DNA of 64,000 nucleotides, taken from positions 2,480,001 to 2,544,000 of the forward strand of contig OZ038379.1 in assembly GCA_964036045.1 (NCBI GenBank), in the 5' to 3' direction. Numbering within the stretch: the first letter of the stretch is position 1; each line of letters opens with the position of its first letter. The stretch is from Eutreptiella sp. 'Long Island Sound 2002' (lineage: Eukaryota > Protista > Euglenida). Shown here one piece after another: positions 14,201 through 26,749 of the stretch. The position numbers were made by a program, and so were the translations under genes. A model generated the notes under the pieces. It made no database searches, was not told where the DNA came from, and worked only from the letters and a program-made list of their open reading frames with translations.

Positions 14201-14580
14201 TTTCCACCCTATTTTGGGGGTGTGTTGCTCGGGGTAGATTCTGTGCGAGGTGGACTGCCTCTTGTGCATCCTATGTAAAGCATGTTTTAGCCCCTCTTTA
14301 TGTGTTTTTCACCCTATTCGGGTGTGCGGGGGGGGGGGGGTCCCACTAGGGCACACCCTGCGTATGCAATTTTCCCGCCTTAGCAGCTAAAAGATGGGAA
14401 TTTCTGAAACTGGTTTTTTTGATATTTTGATCATCCAGAATGATCAAATATCCTATGTAAAGCATATTTTAGCTCCTCTTTATGTGTTTTTCACCCTATT
14501 TCGGTATTTGGGGGGGGGGGGGGCTCCCAAGGGGTCTAGGGCACAACCTGCTTACGCAGATTTCCCGCCTCAGCAGCTCA
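11296..14580. repeat. Higher-order repeat: ~830-bp head (11296 and 12695, offset 1399) each followed by ~190-bp tandem units
   Basis: Head starts acatggatccagcggctgctgc in both copies. Unit marker tgtaaagcatgttttag at about 12201, 12389, 12551, 13581, 13779, 13974, 14168, 14273 and 14456. Confidence 0.9.
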
Positions 14581-15659
14581 AGAATCGTTGTCCCTCTCCC
14601 CTCTTCAAGGTGCCTTGCCGAAGGTAACAGATTTTTTTTCAAAGGCACCCGCACCACCCAATACATGTTCTTGGGGTTGGTGATGCATGTGAACGTTGGT
14701 GACCTGGTGTTGTAGCCTTGTCTCCATGCGATGCGGCTTTCTAGTTTTCTCGGAGGTTGGATACACATGTCATTCTCTTTCTCGGAGTCACCCTTCGAGT
14801 TCCATCGTCTCTCTGTGGTAAGAGGCTGGACGTATGTCATACGAAAAGCATAAGAAAAATCCTCTTAGCAATATGTGGTGCATTTGGACACCACTGGACT
14901 TTCTAGCTTGCATCAAAAGTCCCGGGAACCCTAACATTGTCAAACCAAAAACTAAACCTAAAATTGTACCATCGTTTGTGTGGTTGGCTGCTCTTGACTT
15001 TAAAACACAGGGTTGCATAGTCCATTCTATCCCTGACGAAAATCGCCCATGACCTGTAGCAATTTAAAGTGCATCATCCCATCCGCCGAGACACTCATAA
15101 TTCATACATGGTCTTCGTGCGTGACGAGACCAAGACGAGATGTGCTCGAATGTCCCCTTGGAATGTTGATCGCGTTTGCAAGAGGTTGAGTGTCCAATGA
15201 GCATTCAAGGAACATGCATAGATTTGCAACACACCTGTACTTCCCTTTGCGTTGCACACAACGCATTCGGCATGGTCCGTGATTGGATCATAACAGACTT
15301 TCTTCTTGCAACGTTTGAACACAAAGTGTTCACCTTCATCATGACCTTCCATTGGGATGTTGGACACGAAGTTTTTTCCGTTGTTGTGGATGGTGGTCTT
15401 GCTGCTCCAAGTAGACAAGCGCTTGGCGGTCGTTGTCTCTACAATATGCAAGCAATTGGCCATGCGAATAGCCCAGCTTCTTGGTTCTATTGATTCTGTT
15501 GCATTCCCCTACCCACTTCACTGGTTATGTGTACGCCGTCGGACCGTGAAGCTGGCGGATACTGTGGTGCGGATGTCTTTCTGGCTTATGCGGGGCACTG
15601 TCCTCTGCTGTGAAGCGTACATCTGCTGAGGTGCGACGCTTTGGCCTTGGGGGCGTCCT

Positions 15660-17270
15660 GTGCAACAGGGAACATGTTCCCGGGTGTACCCGCGTTTTGT
15701 ACCCGCTTGTCCCCAATGGTTCCGAATGTTCTACAACACCGGGTACATGTGCACCCGCGTTTTGTACCCGCGTACCCCGGTGTTCCCACACGATGCAAAC
15801 GACACAGACACAGCCCTCTGACGTGCTAATGCTGGCACTATCATCGGGGGGCATTGCGCTCATTGCCACTCCACAATTGCAGACACCCCATGGCTCCTCC
15901 CGCTCCCTCCCAATGTGCTTCATGCCACAAGCGGGGCAATTGATGGTGTAACAGGGCCTGTGCTCCAGCTTGCCTGCTGCGTTCACCTCTGCCTTTGCCC
16001 TTGCCCTTGCCTCTGCCCTGTTTCCCCTGCGGAAACCGGGATGACCTGTGGTGTCGGCCCACACATGCAGGGGATAAGTCCACAATCCCCGCAGACATCC
16101 AAGCTGAGGTGGGAGGCAACACTGCCCAGGTTCTCCGCCGCACTGCCTGCCAACCTAGCCTCGCTGCCTGGCCCGTTGCCCATGACAGTGACATCGCCCG
16201 GTAAACCGCCCTCCACACTGCCCTCCACACCAGCCGGGTTCATGTCCTCATCATGAGAGTCATCAGCGTGCACACCGCCCTCCACACCACCCGCGTCCAT
16301 GTCCTGCTCATGAGTGTCATGAGCGTGCACACTGCCCTCCAAACTACCAGGGTCCATGTTCCGGTCACCAACGTCACTGGGCGACGGCCCCACATACGGC
16401 TCAGTGCCACGCTATCCGTCGTCCCCCACGCCGTCGTCCTTGTCCCTCGGGCTCCAAGCGTCGGCCAAAACCCTGTCCCTGACACGCGCCCGTTCTCCTC
16501 TCGCCATGGCGTCCAAGAGCGTCTCGCCCTCCAGCCGCTCGATCTCCTCGTCCTCGTCCTCCTTCCGGTTGGAGATCTCGAAATCACTGTGTCGAATCCA
16601 TTTGACACACTTCTTTCGGATCTCCAGCAGCATCTCATCATCACAAGTGATGATGTCCTGGAAGCTGTAGCCAAACACCGTGCTAGTGGCGCTGGCCTCC
16701 GAGGGCAACCGGCGCCTCTGGCCCCCTGGTCCTGCTGCTGCTGCTGATGCTGCTGCTGCGAATCCCGACTGCTGCTCCCCGAGGCGACGCACAGCGCCGT
16801 GGGTAAGGCGGGGCGGCTCGGACTGCACTGCCGCTGACTATGAATGTCGGGCTGAACTGAGACTGGGAACACCAACCTGTGATTCGGCGCGGGGGGGGGG
16901 GGGGGCGGCATCTGGATCCTCCACTGCGTCCTAGCAGCCGGGGCAGACCGCTATTGCACGAAGCAATTCGCCTGTAGACAGCAAAAAGACAAAAAGTGCA
17001 AAAGGCTGGGGAACGCGGGTACAAAACGTGGGTACACATGCACTTGTGCACTCGAACGTCGGGGACACACGGGAACAAGCAGGTACAAAACGGGGGTTCA
17101 CGTGTACCCGGCTACTGGCATGTTGGCGACAACGAGGAACGAGCGGGTACAAAATGCGGGTTCACGTGTACCCGGCTACTGGCATGTTGGCGACAACGAG
17201 GAACAAGCGGGTACAAAACGCGGGTACACGTGCACCCAGCGCTGGGGACACGGGCAAACACGTATTTGCA
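15660..17270. repeat. Minisatellite blocks (gcgggtacaaaacgcgggtac) in inverted orientation at 15660-15790 and 17005-17270; further copy 17890-17960
   Basis: Left block reads gtacccgcgttttgtacccgc; right block reads the reverse complement gcgggtacaaaacg repeatedly. Confidence 0.8.
15860..16830 (-). pseudogene. Decayed acidic/Cys-rich ORF with 57-bp (19-aa) internal repeats
   Basis: Consecutive ORF pieces ...FQDIITCDDEMLLEIRKKCVKW..., ...CGDCGLIPCMC..., ...CPACGMKH...CNCG. 57-bp repeat at 16221-16362 (EGSVHAHD/EGGVHADD). Confidence 0.4.
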
Positions 17271-17279
17271 AACCAGTAC

Positions 17280-17281
<2 letters not shown>

Positions 17282-17311
<30 letters not shown>
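17282..17311 (+). repeat. (AC)15 microsatellite
   Basis: Direct reading. Confidence 0.98.
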
Positions 17312-17313
<2 letters not shown>

Positions 17314-18902
17314 GCAACCCAGTACTGACCAGAGGGCGCACACCCCTCCTTTCCGGCGATCAGGGCTTCCGCCCTGTTTTTCCCCTAGTACTGTTCACCG
17401 CGAATCCCACAGCACAGATCCAGCACATTGGCCTCCGCGGCGCAGACGACGGTGAGGGAGGCTGCAAGAGACAGAGTGCAAATGAGCCGAGCAAACGACA
17501 CGGCAACACGGACTATTGAGGAAAAGCATACCCGCCAGCAACGCACGGGCTTGGCCCTGACCCTTCTTGTCCCCCGAAGCCAAGCAGTTGCAATAATGCG
17601 CCCAGATCCATGCGGGTTGCATCTCAAAAAGATCTTGTAATGTTTTTTCCAAATTTGCCGTGGCAGGAGGGCAGCAGGATAGCGAGAACTGATGGACGCA
17701 ATCGGAGGGGAAAGAAAGGTGGAAGGCCATGGGCACACACCTTGCGGCGCTGATGCTCGTCACGGTTCATGTTTGCCGTCCGATCACGGCACTTACCCTT
17801 TGATGGGACCGTCTCGACCCCGCCCGAGTTCGACGGCTGCACACTGGCGAAGCGGGTGACCTGCAACGGAGGAGTAGTGCAATGCGACAGCGGGGACACA
17901 GGGGAACAAGCGGGTACCAAACGCAGGTACACGTGTACCCACGTACTGTACGTCGGCGACAACGGGAAACAAAGGGGTTTGGGGACGCCCCCAAAGCGGC
18001 AGGGGTTATGAAGCCACCCGGCCCAGTTGTGGGCCAGTGCTGATTTATTCCCCCGCTCTGAAGCGTTGGGGACCCCCAAGGCCGCAAGGGTTATGTAGCT
18101 AGAGCCCCATTGTGGGCTACCGCTGATTTAGTTCCCCACTCTGACTAGCCGCAGGGGTGATCTAGCCCCTGGGCCAACTTTCTAGGCCACTTGTCTTTCT
18201 CTCCCCCCTTTTTTCCTTTCGCCCTTTGTGTTTGCTATAGGCCCCCAAGCAAAGCTCTGCAGCTGCCACCGAGGCACACACGAAAAAAATCGGCCACAAT
18301 GCGTACAATGGGCACGGATCATTCCCCCATAATACGCATGCAGTGTACTATTGCTTGGTTGTTTGTGAAACTTTACCCTTCAGCTGATGAAGGAGCTTGC
18401 TTGTCATTCATGGGTAATGAGTTGCGGACACATGTTAAGGTGCAGTGCATGTGGGGGGCCGAGAATCAAAGCGCATGCCCTCTTATTCCAGGCTGCTACA
18501 CTCATTGGACTTTTTGGAGGTTATTTTAAGCCTCCCGCTCGGCTTTTTTCCTTGCCTTGTATGTGGTGTGTTACTTTTTGCTTGCGCATATGGGGTGCGC
18601 GGTTGTGTTTCCTTCATGGCTCCTCTCAGGTTTTGGCACTTTTCGATTTTTTGTACTCTTTTTAACTATATTTGCCCCCAAGACACAACCCCCCCCCCTA
18701 TGCACTCCCACGGACATTAACATATACGGAGGCGATCCAAGTATGGAAAGCGAAGGGGGCACTACATGCAATTTTGGTGCACATATTGTGGGCTGAGGTT
18801 CACCCAGGACCCCTGTTTTTGCTTCTAGGCATGAAAGTGTTGTATGTGTGTACGTTCGGAAGCACATCCGAGCAACCCCATGTGCAAGAATGCTAGTGGG
18901 GG

Positions 18903-19337
18903 GTGGTTGTGGCCTTGTATTGGCCACCCCCCGCGACATACCACCTAGTGTGGGGTATGGGTGGCAACGTTTGCCGCGAGACAAATTTTGGGTCCGAGAG
19001 TGAGGCCGCAACTTGGCTCGCAAAAGGCTTTCGTCGCCGACATGCGTCCTCCAAGACGCATATCGTGTTTTGGTGTGCCACAAACCCTGCGAGGCCGGAC
19101 CACGGGTGTATGCCAGAGTGCCATGCCATGGTACATGTTGAGTGCGCGGGGTCCATGTCTCCCAATGACGTTGGTGGTTGGCAATCAACGCAAGGGGACA
19201 CACATGGTGATGCATGTTGCTACCATAATTGGGACGGCGAGGTGCCTCGTTTTGGCACCTCGTTGGATGGTGGTTGTAATGGAAATCATTGTACAAACAT
19301 ATTTTCAAGTGAATTCGAGGATTGGGGACATTGTTGA
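18903..19337 (+). pseudogene. Fragment with PHD-finger-like half motif
   Basis: GCMPECHAMVHVECAG fits C-x3-C-x4-H-x2-C. The flanks contain stops and the other ligands are uncertain. Confidence 0.25.
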
Positions 19338-20739
19338 GCGGCCGCATGGCAACCGGCGCTGCATTGAGTGTACCCCGGAGCATTTGGCCCGCATGAGGTC
19401 CAGTTTGTTTGTAATGTTCGTTGTTATATTGCATTGTATTGCTGTTATATTATTATTATTATATTGCTATTATATCGCTATTATATTGGCCCAATCGCAG
19501 TGCCTTGGTGGCCTATAAACGTGGCACTAACGTTGGCCAATGTCAGGAGTCTTTTTCTTGAGCCTGATTTTTGCTCCCTATGCGAGCACACTGGATGTTG
19601 GCCATGGCCCTGGGAAGTGCCAAGAGAGCGGTAGCGGCGGGATGGTGTCATCAAATCTGTCATCCGAGCGCTGTCGTTAGAGGAGTCCATGAGCCCGTGC
19701 CAACGCGGTATCGATGGCATGTTGCGTTGGAGCATCAACCTATATAAGGGGAGCAAGTCGTCTTCGGGCATTGCACCTAAGGCCGCCCTGGTGTTCTGAT
19801 CCAGTGCAGGTGGAAGCGCCGGTACACTCGCGCATGCTCCATTATGCAATGCCTCCAGAGAGTTTGGAACACTTGCAGGGACTAGCGTCTTGCTTGTTGT
19901 CATTGTGCTTTGTTTTTTCGCGGATGTGGCCCCAAACAGGCCAATACAGGGTACAGCACTAAGCGTAGGACGAGACGTGAACAGCTCGTTGTTTAGCCCT
20001 CCTTGGAATCGCGAGTAGGTTTAGCAACATTTTCATCGGCCCCCATATCCTTCGCCATCGCAGCATCAAAGGCGACCTAGTCACGGTAGTAATGGCCTTT
20101 CTTGAGCAGGAATGGCTGGGTCGTTGTGTCCGCTTGGCCTTTCGCATTCGTCGTTGCAGCCCACCAGTCTTCGCCGTCAGCACAATACAGCAGGATATAA
20201 TGACGCATCTCTGTGTTTCCCTCTCGTTGGTGTGCAGCCACCACTTGATCTCCTGCACTGAGTCCAGAGCATTTTTGCATAGCGCTCATCGATCTGTGGT
20301 CCAGGCCTCGTAGCTGTAGGATCAACGGTCCCCCTAGGGCTGTGGTCTTTCCGTCGCCGCGGGAGTCCGCTACAGTGGTCGGCGGGCGGGAAGCGGCCGG
20401 TGTCGACGGCGGCATTAGCGTGCTTTCCATTTCCTGCAGCTTTCCAGGTTCCCTACCAGAGTTGCGGCCAGCGCCATCTCTTCCGCATCATGCGGGTTCG
20501 GTTCTTTCATTTGTAGTCGCACGCCCATGAGTGTTAGAACGTGTTCATCCCTTTCTTGGCTAGGGAGGTCAGGAAGCTACAAGGCAGCCAGTGCCAGCCC
20601 TCAGCTGCGGCTGCAATCTCTGCATTCCCGCTTCTGGAGGGGCTGTACCAGGTATACCCGTCTGCTGTGTGCAGCGGAGGGGGGCAGAGAGTGGTGTCTC
20701 GTAGGTTCAGTGAGCCACTGCTAGTTGCTGCTACGGGGT

Positions 20740-20936
20740 AGGAGGGTCTACACCCCCCTAGCACTTATCTCATCCACTCTAGACTGGTGTAGAACCCATG
20801 CGATGAATCCTTGGGGTGTCTACACCCCCCAAGGATTCATCTCATCCACTCTAGACTAGTGCACAGCCCATGCGATGAATGTTAGGTGTTATACACCCCC
20901 CACGGATTCATCGCATTAACTGTAGACCAAAATTGG
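20740..20936 (+). repeat. Three ~71-bp tandem units each containing an imperfect palindrome; two followed by CTAG
   Basis: tacacccccc at 20749, 20821 and 20892. Hairpin atgaatccttgggg-tgtctaca-cccc-cc-aaggattcat at 20803-20840, then 10 nt, then ctag (20851). Confidence 0.85.
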
Positions 20937-21499
20937 TGGCCACAAAGAGGACTAGGTGCACTGTGGGCTGGCGTTCCATTGTTAAGGCCTCTATGGGGTG
21001 CAGTAGCGAAACGGCAATTGTACAAGTTGCGCATGTAATGCAACTGTTGCATTTCTTTCCATTTTTCAATTGTTTTCACATGACTTACCGCAAAACAAAA
21101 TTACACTCGTTTACCGCAAAAAAAAATCAACTTTTTTTTTAATTTACACGACTTACCGCAAAAAAAAAAATGCACGCATTCACCTCAAAAAAACATTACA
21201 CAATTACATATACACGATTTGGATTTTTCACACACAGCAAGAAGTAACAGTACCCACCTGTACACACACAGGGGCACACAAATAATAATAATAATTTGAC
21301 AACGAACGCTCATGCGAACGAAGCAAACGACGAAAGACCATACGACGCAAAATACAAAGCCAAAGAGCACCCATCACTTAAAATTACCTACGACTTGTGG
21401 CGGGGCTTGCAAGGTCTTGGCGCCACCCACCACTGAGCTCTGGCGTCTTCTTACTCACGTCGCTGACGCCTTCGGCACGCACCTCTGGCACCTCCACTT

Positions 21500-21735
21500 C
21501 AATGATCCCCGGTGCTTGCTCACTGCAGCGGCGCCGTGCCGTCAAGCTCCAAAGACGCAACCGCAACTCCTGTCACCAGCGTCTGTCCATCAATGACCCT
21601 CCTCGCTGTCCTGCTGTTCAAAGTGTTCAGCGCGGAAAACTCCTGTAGGCGGAGTCTCTCTATCAATGACCCTCGTTGCCGTCTTGCTCTTCAAGATGTT
21701 CAGGGCGCAAAATTCCTGCAGGCGGCTTCTCCACA
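21500..21735. repeat. Degenerate 73-90-bp tandem repeat
   Basis: Units begin tcaatga(t/c)cc at about 21500, 21590 and 21662. Minus translation EHFEQQDSEEGH / EHLEEQDGNEGH. Confidence 0.6.
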
Positions 21736-22339
21736 CTGTCCGTGGCGCCGTCTGCTCGAAGGCGGCGCTCGTGTGCTGCCGGCAGCGCCCCATGTGGCGC
21801 CGTTCTCAATGAAGGCGTCCCTTTGCGTAGCACGCACAGCATCAGTACTTTCAAAACTTTTCGAAGTCCGGGATGGTAATGGAAATACCTTGCTCTCCCA
21901 TTGTTAGAGTTACTGATCTTGATTTTGATTTGATATCCTTTCATTTGAACTCCTTCTTTCAGAAATGTAATGCGTCGCAGACATGCAGCAAAGTAAATCG
22001 AAAACATAATATCATCCCGGACTTCTGTATTCAACACAAGAATTTACAATAAAAAAGGATACCATTATTCATCAAACTAATCACAGATCATTCACGCTCT
22101 CTGGGTGTATCTACATTCTGCAGCTGTGCGCGCGACCTTACGTGATCTTTACACCGTGTCCTATTACACTACTTTCAAGCCAAGCTGGAGCTATTTTTTG
22201 ATACTATACAGCAACTGGCACTCCCATTGAAGCGTCAGTGATCTCTTGGAGCTTTTAGGCCTTCCAGGGAGATAATTTTACCTACTTAAAATGTGCCTAA
22301 ATGTGAGGGTAGGACACCATATGCACCACAAATAAACAC

Positions 22340-22645
22340 TAACCCTCCAAAGCTCATCAAGAAAATATAGTAAACATCCAAAGCGCACCAGAATCTCACA
22401 CCAAATCATCTAGAGCGCGCCAAGAAGTAACACCAACCATCCATAGCACACCACCAAAAAATTTAACCATCTAGAGCTCACCGCGAAAACAAATAATAAC
22501 AATCATCAACCAGAGGGCACCAAGAAATAACGGGAACCATCCAGAAGGAACTACGAAACAACATTAGCCATCCATAGCGCGCCAAGAAACAGCCATACGC
22601 ATCCCGAGCACAGTAGGAAATAACGGCAACCATCCGGAGTGCTTA
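22340..22645. repeat. Degenerate ~33-bp minisatellite (aaccatccatagcgcaccaagaa-like)
   Basis: About 9 diverged copies of (a)accatc(c/t)a(t/g)agc..caagaa. Confidence 0.6.
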
Positions 22646-24264
22646 CACCACTAGGCTCTAAGCAAGTTTCCCTGCTGTAGAAAAAAGCATTTTCATTTTT
22701 TCCAATCCCCACTAACCCAAGCCCACACTTATGCGCATCTCCCCACGTTTCTCCCTATCTATCCCCATTTACCCCCCACCCCCCCCCGCCCCGTTTTCCC
22801 CTCTTAACCCCCCCCCCTCCCGTTCCCCCCATTTTCCCCCATCCCGCCCCCCTGTTTTCCTGGCTTTGGGTATATTATGGCTACGTTGCTGGGTATGTTA
22901 CCATCCACTTGGCCCGGGCATTTATAAGGCCCCCCTCCTTACGGACAACAACAATTTCTTTTTTTCTTTCTGTGAAGGAACTTATACACCCTCAGGCAGG
23001 CGCTTACAAGCCAACTGCCAAGCACTAGCGGTTAACAGCCAAATTTTGTTGGTTAATCTCAAAAGCCGAGTGTTCACCAATCTATTGTTGCCAGCAACGA
23101 GCCAACCACCGTCGTCTGGTAGCCACCTTAGCCTTGTTTTCGCCCGCGAAAAATTTGGGCCTTTCAAAGTTTTTTCCTTTTTTTCGGGTGAAGGAACGTG
23201 CTAAATTTGTCCACCAGTGGGACCGCGGTGTGTGCAATGCAGTTGCTGGCTTTAACCACAAAAGGTGAGCAAACCATGCGGGACTAAATGTGATCAAACT
23301 TGCCAAGGAAATTGATGATTCGTTGGGCTTGCCACAGGCCCGCTTTGCTCATTTGTCCACACATATACATTGGTTTATTCATCTTGCATGGTTGAACCAG
23401 GGTTGAACTAGGGTATGGGGCGACGAATCGAGGACCAACTGGACCGTCTCCTTGGGGCAACGGACGCCATGTCAGGACATGTGTCCAGATTTACGGAAAT
23501 GGGTGTCGAAAAGAAGGTGACTACGCTGAATTATCACCTGTTGGGGCACCAGCGCTTCGTGAAGTCTCTTTAGGCAACTCGATTCCTGGCTTCCTGAAGT
23601 TTCTTCAGCCAACTGGATTCTTGTGATCCAATCGTGAACATAGCGCAATTTGGTATTTGCTGTGGCAGAGTTATGGCCAGATTCGGAACCTGTTTCTCAA
23701 AAAAGAATGAACACCTTTGGGAGATCAGCTACTTTCATGGGCCCCTTTTGTACTTGGACAGGCATCGGGGCTGTAATAGGATGAGGGAATACAATACTTG
23801 CAATCTTGTGTACAACAAGTTGAAGATGATGTGGTTCCTTACGCGCCACCATCAGCTCTAGGGCAAACCGCTTTGCCGGTGAGCTACCACGCTCCCATTT
23901 GCAATACCCCTTCACATTCTTTTCCTTCAACTCACCCTTCAGGAAAATCATACACTGTCTTCCCGGCCTCCAAGTCCACGAGCGTAACCCATTTACCTTA
24001 TTTCATTTTACGTGTTCACAGAACACTGCCCTTCGACCACAGTACTGTGACCACAATAAACCGCTTCCCCAGTCCAACCACGGCCCGGACCAAGCCCCAC
24101 TACCAAGTGAACCCATCAATGTCGGTGCCCGGGGTTAGGTACTTTGAGAATGCCTTTTGCGGGCATGAGCAATCATTGTTTCGTTATTTGCAGAGACGTC
24201 ACTACACACATACAAATCACCGTTGCCGGAGCTATACGCCAAGACGGACAGCACCCCCCCTTTT

Positions 24265-24882
24265 TCACCAGCATGAGGAAGTGGCACGTTCATCCACAGA
24301 GCAGAGGAGAGGGAGGCAGCGGCCCTTTCTTGGAGAGGAGGGGCATGCTTCAGTGTGCACTCGACGTGTCCGCACTGTACGTGTCCGTACGGCACCTATA
24401 GAATCGGACAATTTGTTCTTCGGTGTTAGCATGAGCTTCTTGGCCACCTCGCCAGTATCTGCCGCTGCAGGGCTGCTCGAGGCTTGTTCGGATGCTTTCC
24501 GTTTATTCGACTTTGTAGGCGTCCTGACCGGCGTCATTGTAATGTTCGCGTCAACCCAAAGAAAAAAATCGCAAGTTGCACATGCCCAGAACGAGCGACG
24601 AGCATTTTTAGTATTGCTTGTAACGTTCTCTTGTAGCACATCTCCGCACTCACATCGTGGCAAGCCATCATCAGTGCAAATGCAACTATCGTGGATAATC
24701 GCCCAAGACTTGTAACACTTGTCGTCCTTCTCTGGACAGATGCGTTGCAAGCATCCGTAATTGCTCTTCGATGCGCAATACCGTATGTCATAATGGTTGC
24801 CACATTTGCACTTTTGAGTACTCCAATATGCACGCGCAGCGGCCGCACTGGCAAATTGTATTTCAATCTCAGGGTTGGGCAA
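24265..24882 (-). pseudogene. Tandem GRF zinc-finger protein, truncated paralog of 46565-47848
   Basis: CKCG...SNYGCLQRICPEKDDKCYKSW and CECG...NTKNARRSFWACATCDFFLWVD match zf-GRF spacing. No ATG at the ORF start, an upstream stop, and the C-terminal part is lost. Confidence 0.8.
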
Positions 24883-26749
24883 AAAATCCTAACATTGCAG
24901 AGTGCAAGGTGCCAGATATGTGGAGCAAACAATGCTTATCGCGTTTGTGCATCCTTTGGCGCACATCGTTGAATCAATACATGCCCAGATCAAGCCTACA
25001 ACAAAATTCACCCGAGCAATGAAGTTGCAATCATGCTAAAACTCACCGAGAACACCATTGGAATGCATGAATAGGCATGGATCTCACTGAAGAAAACAAG
25101 CAAATGTTGGTACCTGAACGGTGCCACCTTGTCAAAAAAGTGGCGTCCATGACACCCAATGTTGGTGTTGAAAAACACCATGCCATTTGAAGCATCGGTT
25201 GGCGAAGTTCTTCATTTCTCTTTGGCTTTGTCAGGCAGCGACATTCTTCTTGAAGTTTGTGACTTAACACTCATCTTCATCCCATTCTCGCTCATCGTCG
25301 GGTGACAAGTCGATCGAAGACTCATCCGAGCACCAATCTGAGTCATATCCCGTTCGGGAGTAGCAGCGAGATCAACTTCCATAATCATCACGTACTCCGT
25401 CCTCGGCAAGCCGGGTGCATTGGGAACATGCACATTGTTCACCACCCAGCAATCGACGGTGTTGCGTCCGAATGGCCCATCCAAGGCAGTACCAACATGG
25501 CCTTGGGTTTCCAGGGTAACATCCGGCACACAGTTTTGCTGCAATTTCCCGAATTCTTGGTAATCCGATCCGCCTTGCCTTTTGCTGCACTTGATCATGG
25601 CCAATGGGGCTTTCCACGTCGATATAATCCAACGGTCTCTTCTCTTCCTCCGTTCCTTGAAGAAGTGGGGGAGCCCAGCTTGGCAACGACGTTGATGGTT
25701 GTGCCCGAGGCATTATGTTTGATTGATAGGGTCTAAAATGACAGCAACCACACGAGAAAGACAATCTTGCAACTGGAAGCGACACAATGACAACCACGGC
25801 AATTCTACCAAATTCCGAATTACGATTGCGTCTTTGGTAGTAGTGTAAAAACCATCATCAACTTGTGCTTGGGGCAAACGGCAACTTTCACATGGCAAAA
25901 CGAGAAATTTTCAGCATGAACGGTGATTCATAACCTACAAGCACACCATCCGGATCCCCAATTTTGTCCATTCGATCAATTTGATACACGCAACACCATA
26001 GAGCATGACATCACATTGGCCCAAGGGTGCTTTCTACCCTCTACATGTATGCTTGCTCAAGACGTGCCATGATGTCTAAAGAATGGCGGTGTCCCCCAAA
26101 GCGTAGCGCCGAGGGGAGGCAATCGGAAGCACAATGCTCTGTGTTGCATGCCCCTTGGGCTTTTGTCAGGATGGGGCCAGGCCGAAACCTCTGACACCCC
26201 ACCGCGGCGACCAGCACCGGAGTCAAGCGTGCATCACAATGGATCCAATCGTTTGACACTCGCCCCTTCAAATGCAAAGAAGGTAACGTCGAGACTCATT
26301 GGCGTAGCTTTTTCATCATAGCATACGGGTCTTTTGATTATGCGTTTGCAAATCTTGATTCTCACTCCACACCATCATATTACAACCGCATTGAAACCTA
26401 TTCTTATTCTTCGTGCGTACCATCCGTAGGTTGAGCCAATGATTCATGTCAAGTCATTGTTTACCTTGTTCACATCCCTTCATCACATCCATCATCCATT
26501 TCAAGTGCATGCTCATTTGCCCGCCTCTCACAAGTCATTCACCTCCTCACTTCTACCTATTCAAATCCAAAAAGCAATTGATCCTTTGTCATTTCTAATG
26601 GCTTCCTATGTGTATTAAGTCCGTACACAAACTTCCCCTCCTTAGCGCAAGCTACCTTCTCCGTACCATTGCTATCGTTGTACACCATTCGTCACACCGT
26701 TTAGCAATTGTTTCACAACCCATTGCTATGCATCATGAAGTTCTAAATA

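Noticed and set aside
17385-17440. VLDLCCGIRG resembling SAM-methyltransferase motif I
   Set aside because: Immediately followed by a stop, and no motif IV (PC) or other MTase motifs were found; too short to call.
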